The notes under the pieces: generated by a model | Seen by the model: only the letters and a program-made list of their open reading frames with translations | Told to the model about the DNA's origin: nothing | Database searches by the model: none | NCBI GenBank assembly: GCA_044224875.1 | Contig: JBGAJQ010000078.1 | Location: forward strand, 1 to 23,473 | Source of the DNA: Gemmatimonadaceae bacterium | GTDB lineage: Bacteria; Gemmatimonadota; Gemmatimonadetes; Gemmatimonadales; Gemmatimonadaceae | Direction of reading: 5' to 3' | DNA: 23,473 nt | Made by a program: the position numbers and the translations under genes | Shown: positions 1 to 10,202 of the stretch, piece by piece | How the letters are laid out: each line of letters begins with the position of its first letter | Numbering within the stretch: position 1 is the first letter of the stretch

Positions 1-2
1 GC

Positions 3-539
3 GCGCTGGCGCGTGCCGCTCGCGGAAGCCGGCAGCCCGCCCTTGAAGACTTTGAGAAGTACCTCGAGCTCTCCCCAGCCGCTGTGGACAGGGGCGACGT
101 GCGAGGCGCCATGTCCCGAATTCCGGATGGCGTGTATTCGTCGCGCTCGAGCTTCGGGTCAGGCCTGCTGGTGCCTGGACTAGGACAGATGACGACCGGA
201 CGTCCGGTCCTCGGCGTCATGGTGCTGGGTGCAGTCGGTGGTGCCGCCGTGTTTGGCCTGCAGACGAAGCAGTCCGTGGATGCCCGCACCTTCAACGATC
301 CCTTCGGCACGCCCTACATCGACTCGATCCCGAAGACGACGCGCCCGAATCTCGCGATCGCAGCGGCGGCAGCCGGTGCGCTTTGGCTCGGCAGTGCCAT
401 TGAGGCGTCTAGCTATGCCAAGCGATCGCGTCGTAAGGCGGAGGCGATCATCACGCATGAGGCGCCGCGCGATGAGCGTCGCGTTTCCATTCACCTGATG
501 TCGACCGCTAACCGCGTCGGGCTGTCGGTGGCCTGGTAG
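3..539 (+). CDS. C-terminal part of a tetratricopeptide-repeat protein with a hydrophobic membrane region (5' truncated by the window edge)
   Basis: The frame of the 84..539 ORF stays open to position 3 and reads ALARAARGSRQPALEDFEKYLELSP, a typical TPR helix end. It continues with GLLVPGLGQ and two hydrophobic stretches (VLGVMVLGAVGGAAVFGL; LAIAAAAAGALWLG). Stop TAG 537-539. Confidence 0.75.
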   Translation, partial: ALARAARGSRQPALEDFEKYLELSPAAVDRGDVRGAMSRIPDGVYSSRSSFGSGLLVPGLGQMTTGRPVLGVMVLGAVGGAAVFGLQTKQSVDARTFNDPFGTPYIDSIPKTTRPNLAIAAAAAGALWLGSAIEASSYAKRSRRKAEAIITHEAPRDERRVSIHLMSTANRVGLSVAW

Positions 540-615
540 TTCGCGCAGGACCCCACGGGGCGACGCGCGCGTGAGCGTCGCGATGACTCCGCCCCAGCGT
601 ACACCAGAACGCGAA

Positions 616-639
616 TCGGGCGCCGAGTACGGCGCCCGA
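616..639 (-). terminator. Hairpin between convergent genes, probable terminator of the typA-acidic protein transcript
   Basis: Perfect 10-bp inverted repeat TCGGGCGCCG-AGTA-CGGCGCCCGA, 14 nt past the stop at 654. Only a weak U-tract follows on the minus strand (TTCGCGTTCT). Confidence 0.6.
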
Positions 640-653
640 GAACGATCAGCGGT

Positions 654-1016
654 CTAGTCGTCGTAGCGGGGCGCTCCCGGCCCACGCCGTTCTTCTTCAT
701 CAAAATCGTCGTACTGGTCATCCAGGTCGATCAAGTCCTCATCGAGCTCGTCGACCTCGTCGTCCTCCTCGTCGTCGTCTTCATCGTCGTCGTCCTCGTC
801 GAGGTCGTCAAAGTCGTCCTCGTCGAAATCGATGTCGTCGTCTTCGTCAGCCTCGAAGTCGTCGTCTGCCTCGGCGTCGATCTCATCGTCCTCGTCGAAT
901 CCCTCATCGCCCTCCGCCTCATCCTCTTCGCCATCGTCCTGCTTGGGCGAAAACCTGGCGGCCGCCAGCTCATACGCCTTCACGCTGTCTTCGGACGACT
1001 CCCACTCGCCTAACAT
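654..1016 (-). CDS. Highly acidic (Asp/Glu-rich) hypothetical protein, 120 aa
   Basis: ATG preceded by purine-rich AGGAGAGAAGAAGCC (SD-like), 23 nt downstream of the typA stop. By my count 68 of 120 residues are D/E. Followed by a hairpin. Confidence 0.8.
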   Translation of the reverse strand: MLGEWESSEDSVKAYELAAARFSPKQDDGEEDEAEGDEGFDEDDEIDAEADDDFEADEDDDIDFDEDDFDDLDEDDDDEDDDEEDDEVDELDEDLIDLDDQYDDFDEEERRGPGAPRYDD

Positions 1017-1039
1017 GGCTTCTTCTCTCCTGAAGAGGT

Positions 1040-2881
1040 CTAGAGGGTGGCGCGTTCTCGTTCCCGTTTTGCCTCGCGCGAGAGTTTCCGACGTTCGATC
1101 GTACCCAACTCGCGTTTGCGCAAACGGATCGACTGCGGGGTGACTTCGATCAGCTCATCATCCTCGATATACTCAAGCGCGGCTTCCAACGTCAACACCC
1201 GGGGAGGCTCCAACTGGACGTTCTCGTCACTCGACTTGGAGCGCATGTTGGTCAGCTTCTTTTCCTTGGTCGGATTCACGTCCATATCCCCGGGACGTGA
1301 ATTCTCCCCGACGATCATTCCCTCGTAGACCGCGTCACCGGGCTGAACGAACAGGGTAGACCGGTCCTGAAGGTTGAACAGCGCGAAGGCCACCACCGTG
1401 CCATTCTCCATGGACACCAGGGTCCCGCGTGATCGCCCGCTCAGGGCACCCGCCCACGGGCCGTAGTCGAGGAATCGATGGTGCATGATGCCGGTGCCGC
1501 GAGTATCGGTCAGGAACTCGCTCCGATAACCGAACAACCCCCGAGCCGGGATGCGATAGTTCAGGCGCACCATTCCCTGCCCGGGATTTCGCATGTCGAT
1601 CAGCTCACCCCGCCGTTGGCCCAACCGCTCGATCACCGCCCCCAGGAATTCCTCTGGGACGTCGATCATCAACTCCTCGTATGGCTCATGCCGCTCGCCG
1701 TTAGGTCCGTATCGTGTGATCACTCGCGGTCGAGACACCTGAAACTCGAAACCCTCGCGCCGCATGGTCTCCATGAGGATCGACAGGTGCAGTTCGCCTC
1801 GCCCCGATACCGTCCAAGTGTCCGTTGCGTCCGTGTCGTCCACCTTCAAGGCCACGTTCCGTTCGAGCTCTTTGTATAGCCGCTCACGAAGCTGACGAGA
1901 TGTGACGAACTTCCCGTCTTTTCCAGCAAACGGGGAGTTGTTGACGACGAAATCGACGGAAATCGTCGGCTCCTCCACGGCGATCCCTTCGAGTCGCTCC
2001 CGCAGTTCGAGGTTGGACACCGTCAGGCCGATCTCGACGCCCTCGAGCCCGGCGAGCGCGACGATCTCCCCGGCGCTGGCCGTTTCGACTTCCTTTCGCT
2101 CGAGCCCGTCGTGGATATACAGCTTCGTGACGCGTGCGGTCTCGTCCGGCTTGTTGGTGTCGATCGACAGCAGTGCCACCTGCTGCCCGACGCGCACGGT
2201 CCCGCGCTCGATGCGGCCCAGCGCCAGCCGGCCGAGGTAGGGAGAATAATCGAGGGTGGAGACCAGCATTTGGAATGGTCCCTGCTCGTCATGCGGCGGG
2301 GCCGGCACATGATCGACGATGGCCTGAAAGAGGGGTTCCAGCGACTGCGGCGACACGTTCATATCCATGGTCGCGACGCCCTCACGAGCCGAGGCATAGA
2401 TGAACGGTGCATCCAGCAGGTCGTCGTCCGCCTCGAGCTCGATCAGCAGGTCGAGCACTTCGTCGTGAACGCGCAGGGGGTCGGCACCCGGGCGGTCGAT
2501 CTTGTTAATGACGACGATCGGGCGGCGCTTGAGGTCGAGCGCCTTTCGGAGCACGAAGCGGGTCTGCGGCATCGGGCCGTCGAAGGCGTCCACAACAAGC
2601 AAGACGCCGTCGACCATCCGGAGGATGCGCTCGACCTCGCCACCGAAGTCGGCATGGCCCGGCGTATCGACAATGTTGATCTTGGTGCCGTGCCAGGTGA
2701 CCGCGGTGTTTTTTGCGAGAATCGTAATGCCCCGCTCGCGTTCCAGCGGGTTCGAATCCATCACACGCTCTTCGACGACCTGGTTCTCGCGAAACGCACC
2801 GGCCTGCCTGAGCATCTTGTCGACCAACGTGGTTTTCCCGTGATCGACGTGCGCTATGATGGCAATGTTCCGAATTTCCAT
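1040..2881 (-). CDS. typA: Translational GTPase TypA/BipA
   Basis: [56 protein letters not shown] and the BipA C-terminus KKLTNMRS...[15 protein letters not shown]. 613 aa, intact. Confidence 0.98.
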   Translation of the reverse strand: MEIRNIAIIAHVDHGKTTLVDKMLRQAGAFRENQVVEERVMDSNPLERERGITILAKNTAVTWHGTKINIVDTPGHADFGGEVERILRMVDGVLLVVDAFDGPMPQTRFVLRKALDLKRRPIVVINKIDRPGADPLRVHDEVLDLLIELEADDDLLDAPFIYASAREGVATMDMNVSPQSLEPLFQAIVDHVPAPPHDEQGPFQMLVSTLDYSPYLGRLALGRIERGTVRVGQQVALLSIDTNKPDETARVTKLYIHDGLERKEVETASAGEIVALAGLEGVEIGLTVSNLELRERLEGIAVEEPTISVDFVVNNSPFAGKDGKFVTSRQLRERLYKELERNVALKVDDTDATDTWTVSGRGELHLSILMETMRREGFEFQVSRPRVITRYGPNGERHEPYEELMIDVPEEFLGAVIERLGQRRGELIDMRNPGQGMVRLNYRIPARGLFGYRSEFLTDTRGTGIMHHRFLDYGPWAGALSGRSRGTLVSMENGTVVAFALFNLQDRSTLFVQPGDAVYEGMIVGENSRPGDMDVNPTKEKKLTNMRSKSSDENVQLEPPRVLTLEAALEYIEDDELIEVTPQSIRLRKRELGTIERRKLSREAKRERERATL

Positions 2882-2984
2882 AGCCTTGTAGTATCACTAG
2901 CCCGGACGTGTCCTACAAGCTCTTGCCGGGAATTCAAGAACATTGCAGCGTGACCGTTACCACGCACACCTGGGAGGTGTTCCG

Positions 2985-3182
2985 ATGCACCAGCAGCAGG
3001 GGCCGGACAGGGACCAGTATCCCCATGGCCGCGGGTACGGGCACGATTACATGCGCGGCGGAGAAGTGAACGAGGGATACGGCTACAGCGCGCGAGACGA
3101 ATACCAGAAGTCTCGCGGTGAGCTTGGCCTCAACCCGCCTGCCCCGGAAGGCCCCAGCAACGATGTGACGCCAACCGCCTGA
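2985..3182 (+). CDS. Small Gly/Tyr-rich hydrophilic hypothetical protein, 65 aa
   Basis: Strong SD GGAGGT (2973-2978) 6 nt before ATG 2985, in frame with the 2943..3182 ORF. Fills the gap between typA and pilT and is followed by a strong hairpin. Confidence 0.65.
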   Translation: MHQQQGPDRDQYPHGRGYGHDYMRGGEVNEGYGYSARDEYQKSRGELGLNPPAPEGPSNDVTPTA

Positions 3183-3253
3183 TCCGGCGACCCGGAGGAC
3201 CTAACGACATCGGGGCGAGCGCGCGGTGCGCCGCCATTACCAGTCCCTAGAAC

Positions 3254-3284
3254 ACGAGGGGTGACGAGGATCGTCACCCCTCGT
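3254..3284. terminator. Strong hairpin between convergent genes (probable bidirectional terminator)
   Basis: Perfect 14-bp inverted repeat ACGAGGGGTGACGA-GGA-TCGTCACCCCTCGT, 20 nt past the pilT stop. Confidence 0.7.
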
Positions 3285-3304
3285 TGGCGTTCCTGGCGTG
3301 CTGT

Positions 3305-4856
<1,552 letters not shown>

Positions 4857-4870
<14 letters not shown>

Positions 4871-5360
4871 CGATCAACTGGCGAACGTGAACGATCTGGG
4901 AGACATTCACCAGCACGAGTCCGTCGGCTCGGTACAGCGACACGAATCGTTCCGTCCAATGGTTGAGGTAGTCCAGCACGCGTGTCCGCCCCGCGTTCGT
5001 CTCGATCAGGAACTTCCCTTCGAGATTGCTGCCGTCGCGCAGGCGGATATGCACCGGCGTCGGCACACACACGGACCAATCCGTGGCCGGGATGTGCTCG
5101 GGTGCCACGCGAACGTCACGCACCTGGCCCTTGGCCACGAGTAACGTGGAACCCGATCGCAGGCGAAGCGGAAAGAAGTCGTCCGAGGTATTCATGACCT
5201 CGGATGCGTCTTCCATCGCAAACTGGTGCTTGGCACTCGCTTGTATGAACAGGTCCCCGACCAGAATGTCCGAGTCCAGCAGCGTGACCGAGACGGGAAG
5301 GGGCGTCTTCTCGATGCGGAAATCATTCAGCATCAGCGAGTTCGGCGTCGTCATATGCAT
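4857..5360 (-). CDS. Hypothetical protein made of two tandem ~70-aa beta-rich domains (DUF6812-like by my recollection of the pattern)
   Basis: Overlaps the pilT start by 14 nt. Internal duplication: PLPVSVTLLDSDILVGDLFI...VMNTSDDFFPL...LLVAKGQVRDVR vs PTPVHIRLRDGSNLEGKFLI...YLNHWTERFVSL...VLVNVSQIVHVR. Start could be 5360 or 5354. Confidence 0.8.
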
Positions 5361-5448
5361 GTCCCAGCTAGGACGGCTTTCCCGGCTCAGTGGTCACCGG
5401 CCTCCACGCGGCACTTTGGTGGGCCTGTGAAGCGTCAAAAGGGGCCTG

Positions 5449-5475
5449 AAAAGGGAAACTCCCCTTCCGGGGAGT
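5449..5475 (-). terminator. Intrinsic terminator of the CDF transporter gene
   Basis: Minus strand reads ACTCCCC-GGAA-GGGGAGT then TTCCCTTTT, about 40 nt past the stop at 5517. Confidence 0.65.
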
Positions 5476-5516
5476 ATCGGCGTGTGTAGGAGGCGTTTTA
5501 AGCCGTTCACGCACCC

Positions 5517-6467
5517 CTAGGCGTGGCCACCCTGGCACAGGCGATCTCGCTCGATCTGAACCGTGACGTGGCCAATCCCAAAGCCCTCCATGGCCGCCAT
5601 GGCGTCCCGAAGCACGTTCTGGTGCCGCTCCGGCTCCTTCACCACCGCGTGGGCACTCATGGCGATCACGCCAGACGTTACGGTCCATACATGCAGGTCA
5701 TGCACGGATTCGATTCCCGGTATGCCCTCCAAAGACGTTCGGACTGCTCCCAGCGAGATGTGGGAGGGGGTCGCCTCCAGGAGCACGTCAACGGATTCCC
5801 GAACCAGCCGCCAGGCCGACCGAACCACCAGCGCCGTCACGAGGATCGAGACGATGGGGTCCGCGGCAAGCCAGCCGGTCCACCGAATCAGGAGCGCGGC
5901 CGCCACGGTTCCGACGGAACCTAACAAGTCTCCCAGCACGTGAAGGTATGCGCCCCGGGCGTTCAAGCTGTGCTGATGCACTGGGTGCAGCACCCACGCC
6001 GACACGGCGTTCACCAGCAGTCCGCCCGCTGCCACGAGCAACATGATGCCACCCTGAAGCGGCTCGGGGGCCTTCAGCCTAACGATTGCTTCGGCGATGA
6101 TCGCCGCCGAGACAAGCAGCAGCACCGCCCCATTCAGGAAGGCGATCAGGATTTCCCAGCGGAGGTGACCGTACGTCTTGCTCGGCGTCGCCGGCTGTCG
6201 CGAGAACCACGCCACCCACAGCGAAAGCGCAAGGGCGCCCACATCGGTGAACATGTGACCGGCGTCCGCCAACAGGGCCAGTGAGTTGGAGACGAGTCCA
6301 CCAACCACCTCGGCAACGAAGAAGATCGCCGTCAGCACCAGTGCGATCTTCAGCCGGCGGGACTGCTCCGGGTTGGAGGCATCGTGCAAGTGCACGTGGT
6401 CGTGGCCGTGATGGTCGTCGCCGTGCGCGTGTCCGTGGGAAGTCGCTGGAACGGGACCGGTATTCAT
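5517..6467 (-). CDS. czcD: Cation diffusion facilitator family Zn/Co/Cd efflux transporter (CzcD/ZitB type)
   Basis: His-rich N-terminus HGHAHGDDHHGHDHVHLH, CDF signature SLALLADAGHMFTD (HxxxD), AYLHVLGDLLGS, VHDLHVW and HVTVQIE, with six hydrophobic segments. Confidence 0.93.
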   Translation of the reverse strand: MNTGPVPATSHGHAHGDDHHGHDHVHLHDASNPEQSRRLKIALVLTAIFFVAEVVGGLVSNSLALLADAGHMFTDVGALALSLWVAWFSRQPATPSKTYGHLRWEILIAFLNGAVLLLVSAAIIAEAIVRLKAPEPLQGGIMLLVAAGGLLVNAVSAWVLHPVHQHSLNARGAYLHVLGDLLGSVGTVAAALLIRWTGWLAADPIVSILVTALVVRSAWRLVRESVDVLLEATPSHISLGAVRTSLEGIPGIESVHDLHVWTVTSGVIAMSAHAVVKEPERHQNVLRDAMAAMEGFGIGHVTVQIERDRLCQGGHA

Positions 6468-6495
6468 CGTTGGCTAGACGCTTGATCGCAAAGAC

Positions 6496-6504
6496 TGGTA
6501 AGTT
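6496..6504 (+). promoter_or_regulatory. Putative extended -10 promoter (TG-G-TAAGTT) for a leaderless HlyC/CorC transcript
   Basis: TGn-TANNNT lies 6 nt before ATG 6511. TAGACG at 6475-6480 is a possible -35 (18-nt spacer). No strong SD. Confidence 0.45.
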
Positions 6505-6510
6505 CAGGTG

Positions 6511-7836
6511 ATGCTGGCACGTCTCGTGGGTATCGGCATCCTGCTGGTCTTGAACGGCCTTCTGGTCGCGGCCGAGTTTTCGCTGGTGCGCGCTCGTCGC
6601 ACGCGCCTCGAGGGGATGGCGCGATCCGGGGATCGACAGGCCAAGATCGCCCTACGCGCCCTCAACAATCTCTCACGCGTCCTGTCGGCGAGCCAGTTGG
6701 GCATAACGCTGACCAGTCTCGGTATTGGATGGCTGGCAGAAAGCGCGCTCGGGGAGGTCTTGAGCGCCTGGTTTGCCAGCCTCCCGTTGGCCGTTGAGAT
6801 GTCCGTGAAGGTGAGTGCGGCCGCGGTGATAGCGCTGACGATTGCCACGTTCTTTCACGTGGTGTTCGGCGAATTGGCGCCACGCGCGGTGGCGCTGCAG
6901 CATCCCGAAGAGTTTGCGCGCTGGCTCGCGCCGCCAATCCTGGTCTTCGGCTGGCTGACGAGCCCATTCACGGCCATCCTGAACAACTCCGCGCAACTCG
7001 TGCTTCGCCTGATTGGGCAAAAGGCAGACGTCGGGGAAGAGCCGGTGCACTCGCCGGACGAGCTGCGCATGCTGATCGAGCATGCAGAGGAAGGAGGCGC
7101 CATTCCGACGCAAGACGCGGCGCTGATCGAGGGCGTGTTCGAGTTCTCTGAGAAGAACGCCCGCGAAGTCATGACGCCACGCACGGAGGTCGTGGCGATC
7201 GCGCTCGACGCAACGCTCGAGGACGCGCTCACTATCGTCGAGGAAAGCAACTTTTCGCGCTATCCGGTCTACGACGAGACAATCGACAACGTGGTGGGGT
7301 TGTTGCTGGCGAAGGACCTCCTGACGACGCTCCGTCGCATGCCCGAGTCGTTCTCCGTGGCAGAGGTGATGCGTCGCGTCCACGTGGTTCCAGGTTCCAG
7401 GGAAGTCGAGGAGGTGTTGTCCGACTTCAAGCGCCTGAAGGAGCACATGGCGATTGTCCTCGACGAGTTTGGCGGGACGGCGGGAGTCGTGACGATGGAG
7501 GACCTGCTCGAGGAGATCGTCGGTGAAATCCTCGACGAGCACGATGAGCCTGAGGAGCGTGCGGAGACCTCAGCTAGTGGGGAGACCCTCGTGCCTGGGG
7601 AAATGCACATCGCCGAGGTGAACGATCAATTTGGCCTGACGGTGCCAGACGACGACTACACGACGATCGGCGGATTCGTGTTTGGTGCGCTGGGCCGGCT
7701 GCCGGTAGTCGGAGATCGCGTGTCAACGCCCGGCGCGACCTTCACCGTGCGCGAGATGGACGGGCGGCGGATTGCCGAGTTGCAGCTCGCGAGACTCGAT
7801 GTGGAGTCGCGCCCGACGGAAACGCCTTCGCGCTAG
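6511..7836 (+). CDS. HlyC/CorC family (CNNM/DUF21 + 2 CBS + CorC_HlyC) membrane protein, probable Mg2+/Co2+ homeostasis factor
   Basis: NGLLVAAEFSLV, SQLGIT...LGIGW, HVVFGELAP, AREVMTPR, FSRYPVY, HMAIVLDEFGGTAGVVTMEDLLEEIVGEI.DEHD and YTTIGGFVF. Start is GTG 6508 or ATG 6511. Confidence 0.93.
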   Translation: MLARLVGIGILLVLNGLLVAAEFSLVRARRTRLEGMARSGDRQAKIALRALNNLSRVLSASQLGITLTSLGIGWLAESALGEVLSAWFASLPLAVEMSVKVSAAAVIALTIATFFHVVFGELAPRAVALQHPEEFARWLAPPILVFGWLTSPFTAILNNSAQLVLRLIGQKADVGEEPVHSPDELRMLIEHAEEGGAIPTQDAALIEGVFEFSEKNAREVMTPRTEVVAIALDATLEDALTIVEESNFSRYPVYDETIDNVVGLLLAKDLLTTLRRMPESFSVAEVMRRVHVVPGSREVEEVLSDFKRLKEHMAIVLDEFGGTAGVVTMEDLLEEIVGEILDEHDEPEERAETSASGETLVPGEMHIAEVNDQFGLTVPDDDYTTIGGFVFGALGRLPVVGDRVSTPGATFTVREMDGRRIAELQLARLDVESRPTETPSR

Positions 7837-8739
7837 GCAGCGTCGGCGGAAACGCCGGACATGAGGCGCGCGATGCGCGCGCACTCCATAATGGCTGCCT
7901 TCATGCTCGAGGGATCGGCAACACCCTTCCCCATGATGTCGAGTGCCGTGCCATGATCCGGCGACGTCCGGGGGAACGGCAGGCCCAACGTGACGTTGGT
8001 GGCGCTCCCAAACGAGGCGACTTTGATTGCTGTCATGCCCACGTCGTGATACGGCGCGATCACTGCATCGAACTCGCCACGCATCGCGCGCACGAAGACC
8101 GTGTCCGCGGGAAGCGGTCCCGTAATCCCGGCTTCTGCCGCGGCTGGGGCCAGCACGGTGGCGTCCTCGTCGCCAAAACGACCCGCGTCTCCACCATGCG
8201 GGTTGAGCGCACACAAGGCGATTCTCGGTTCCGGGATCGCGTACCATTGTTGCAGCCCGGTGCGCGTCAGGCTGGCCGCCTCCAGGATCGCCGCATGCGT
8301 CAGGGCCGTGGGCACATCGCGCAACGCAATGTGCGTGGTGGCCAGCACCACACGCAGCTTGTCGGATGCCAGCATCATGGCCGTGCGAGAACCTGTCAGT
8401 TCCGCCAGCATTTCCGTGTGCCCCGGGAAGTCGTAGCCGCCAGCTAGAAGGGCGGCCTTGTCGATCGGGGCCGTGACGATGCCGTCGACCACGCCCTCCT
8501 TGGCGAGGGCCACGGCGCGCTCGATGGCGCGACCCGCCAAACGCCCCGCCTTGCGCGCCTCGCCGCCAGAGGTCCATGCGCCGACACTCTCGTCCACCGT
8601 CATGCCGGTACCCGTGGGACCTGGCATGAGTGGGTGCACGGCGTCTCGCACGTGCGAGTCCGACAGTGCCTTCAGCACGATTTCCGGTCCAATCCCTCGG
8701 GGGTCGCCTAACGTGATTGCGAGGGTTGGTCGGGGACAT
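7833..8739 (-). CDS. pdxA: 4-hydroxythreonine-4-phosphate dehydrogenase PdxA (one extra base just after the start codon)
   Basis: LAITLGDPRGIGPEI, VTAPIDK, FPGHTEML, LATTHIAL, ALNPHGG, GPLPADT, YHDVG and NVTLGLPFPRTSPDHGTALDI. ATG at 8739 reads ATG TCC C CGA CCA ACC CTC; removing one C of the 4-C run (8732-8735) gives MSRPTLAITLGDP. Confidence 0.93.
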
Positions 8740-8746
8740 GGTCGTC

Positions 8747-10094
8747 TCAGGGAGAGAGGGTGGCCGAATCCAGTCGAATGGCAACGTAAATTTCTTTCTT
8801 CAGCGCGTCTATCAACCGACGAAACGACTTCTCCTGTTGTAACTGTTCGCGGATCTGCGCGCGCAGGTCCTTCACCGTGTAATCCCCTCGTCCTGCGCCA
8901 CCAGCAGCTGGCCAATGACGAACTTAGGCTGTCCCCGCAGCTTGTCGTCAATGGGGAAAGGTCCGAAATACTCGTTGGACTTCACGTCCTTGAGCGCCGT
9001 CTTGTACGACTCGGGCAATTGCTCGCGTGGAAAGGGATCCAGACTCCCCGGCAACTCGTCGCTATCATGGAATTTTGCCACGAGTGAGTCGTATGGGGTG
9101 CCAGCCTTCCACGCCTTGAGGACAGAGTCGGCCAGCACGGAGGCGCGGCTCGCATCGGACGAGTCGTAGGCAGGCTTGATGAGGATATGCCGGCCACCTT
9201 CACCTCGGCCGGCTTCACCCGATCCACCTTGATGATGTGGTAGCCGTATGTGGTCTCGACCACCGGACTCACCGTCCCAGGCGGCAGGGAGAACATCATG
9301 TCGTCGAACGCCTTGACCATGACGCTCCGCCGATTCCAACCCAGGTCACCTCCCTGCTCCTTCGACCCAGGGTCCATCGATTCGCGCTTCGCGATGCTCT
9401 CGAAGTCGCCACCGTGTGAAATCTCAACCAGCAGGGACTCCGCCTTGGCCCGGGCCGCGTCCTTGGCCTTTTGCGTTGGAGCTGTGGCGATCACGATCTG
9501 CCGGAATGTGATGGAGGCCGGGCGCTTCGGCAGCTGCGCGCGATTCTTCTCGAACGCCTCGGTGATCTCGTCTTCGGTCACCGCCACCTGGATCATCTTC
9601 CCGGTTTGATTCAGATGCTGAATGAGCTTTTGTGAAAGCGCGCGCCGCCGCGCCTGATCGGTCAGCCAGCGCCGGTACTCTTCCTGGTTGCCGAACCCGC
9701 CGGACTTGAGCGCCTGTGAATATTCCGCGTCGGACTTCAGGGATTCGCGGAGTCGCTTGATTTGCTGATCCACGGTCGCGGCGAGGTCCGCATCGGCGAC
9801 GACCACCGTGGTGTCGCCGCGCGCCTTCTGTACGAGGATCTCTTCGTCAACGATCTCGCCGACTACCTGCCGCGCAAGCGTGACCTGTGCTGCCGAGTCA
9901 TCCGGAATTGGCATGCCCTGCGCGCGCCGCTGGTTGATGACCTCGAGGACCTCGCTCCAGAGGATCGGCGTGGTTCCAACGACGGCCACCACCCGATCCA
10001 TCGAAACGCTCCTCACCTCGCCCTGCGCATGGGAGAGGGCTGGCGTCGCGATGGCGACGGCGAGTACGACGCTGCGATGAATGCGATGACGCAT
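8747..10094 (-). CDS. surA: SurA-like periplasmic chaperone / parvulin peptidyl-prolyl isomerase (two frame breaks, ~9193 and ~8885)
   Basis: Signal peptide, SurA-type N-terminus MDRVVAVVGTTPILWSEV, rotamase domain FESIAKRESMDPGSKEQGGDLGW...SPVVETTYGYHIIKV. It continues in a second frame (RHILIKP...VAQDEG) and a third (DYTVKDLRAQIREQLQQEKSFRRLIDALKKEIYVAIRLDSATLSP, TGA 8747-8749), ending 7 nt before pdxA, the familiar surA-pdxA order. Confidence 0.85.
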
Positions 10095-10140
10095 GGTTCA
10101 ACCTACCCAATGATACAGTGGCGGGTCCACGTGGGCCCAC

Positions 10141-10170
10141 TAAAGCAACGCGCGGGCCGGTGGGCCCGCG
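10141..10170 (-). terminator. Probable terminator after the mfd-PPIase genes
   Basis: 8-bp inverted repeat CGCGGGCC (10151-10158) / GGCCCGCG (10163-10170), followed on the minus strand by CGTTGCTTTA. Confidence 0.5.
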
Positions 10171-10202
10171 GTCACTGTGAACGAGACGAAATGCGGCGCG
10201 AC

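Noticed and set aside
832..1143. Ser-rich 103-aa ORF on + and Thr/Arg-rich 731..973 ORF on -
   Set aside because: Antisense and alternate-frame shadows of the GAC/GAG-rich acidic gene.
8740..8951. N-terminal extension of PdxA in the ORF track (start 8951)
   Set aside because: This stretch is the 3' end of the surA-like gene in other frames; the probable pdxA start is ATG 8739.
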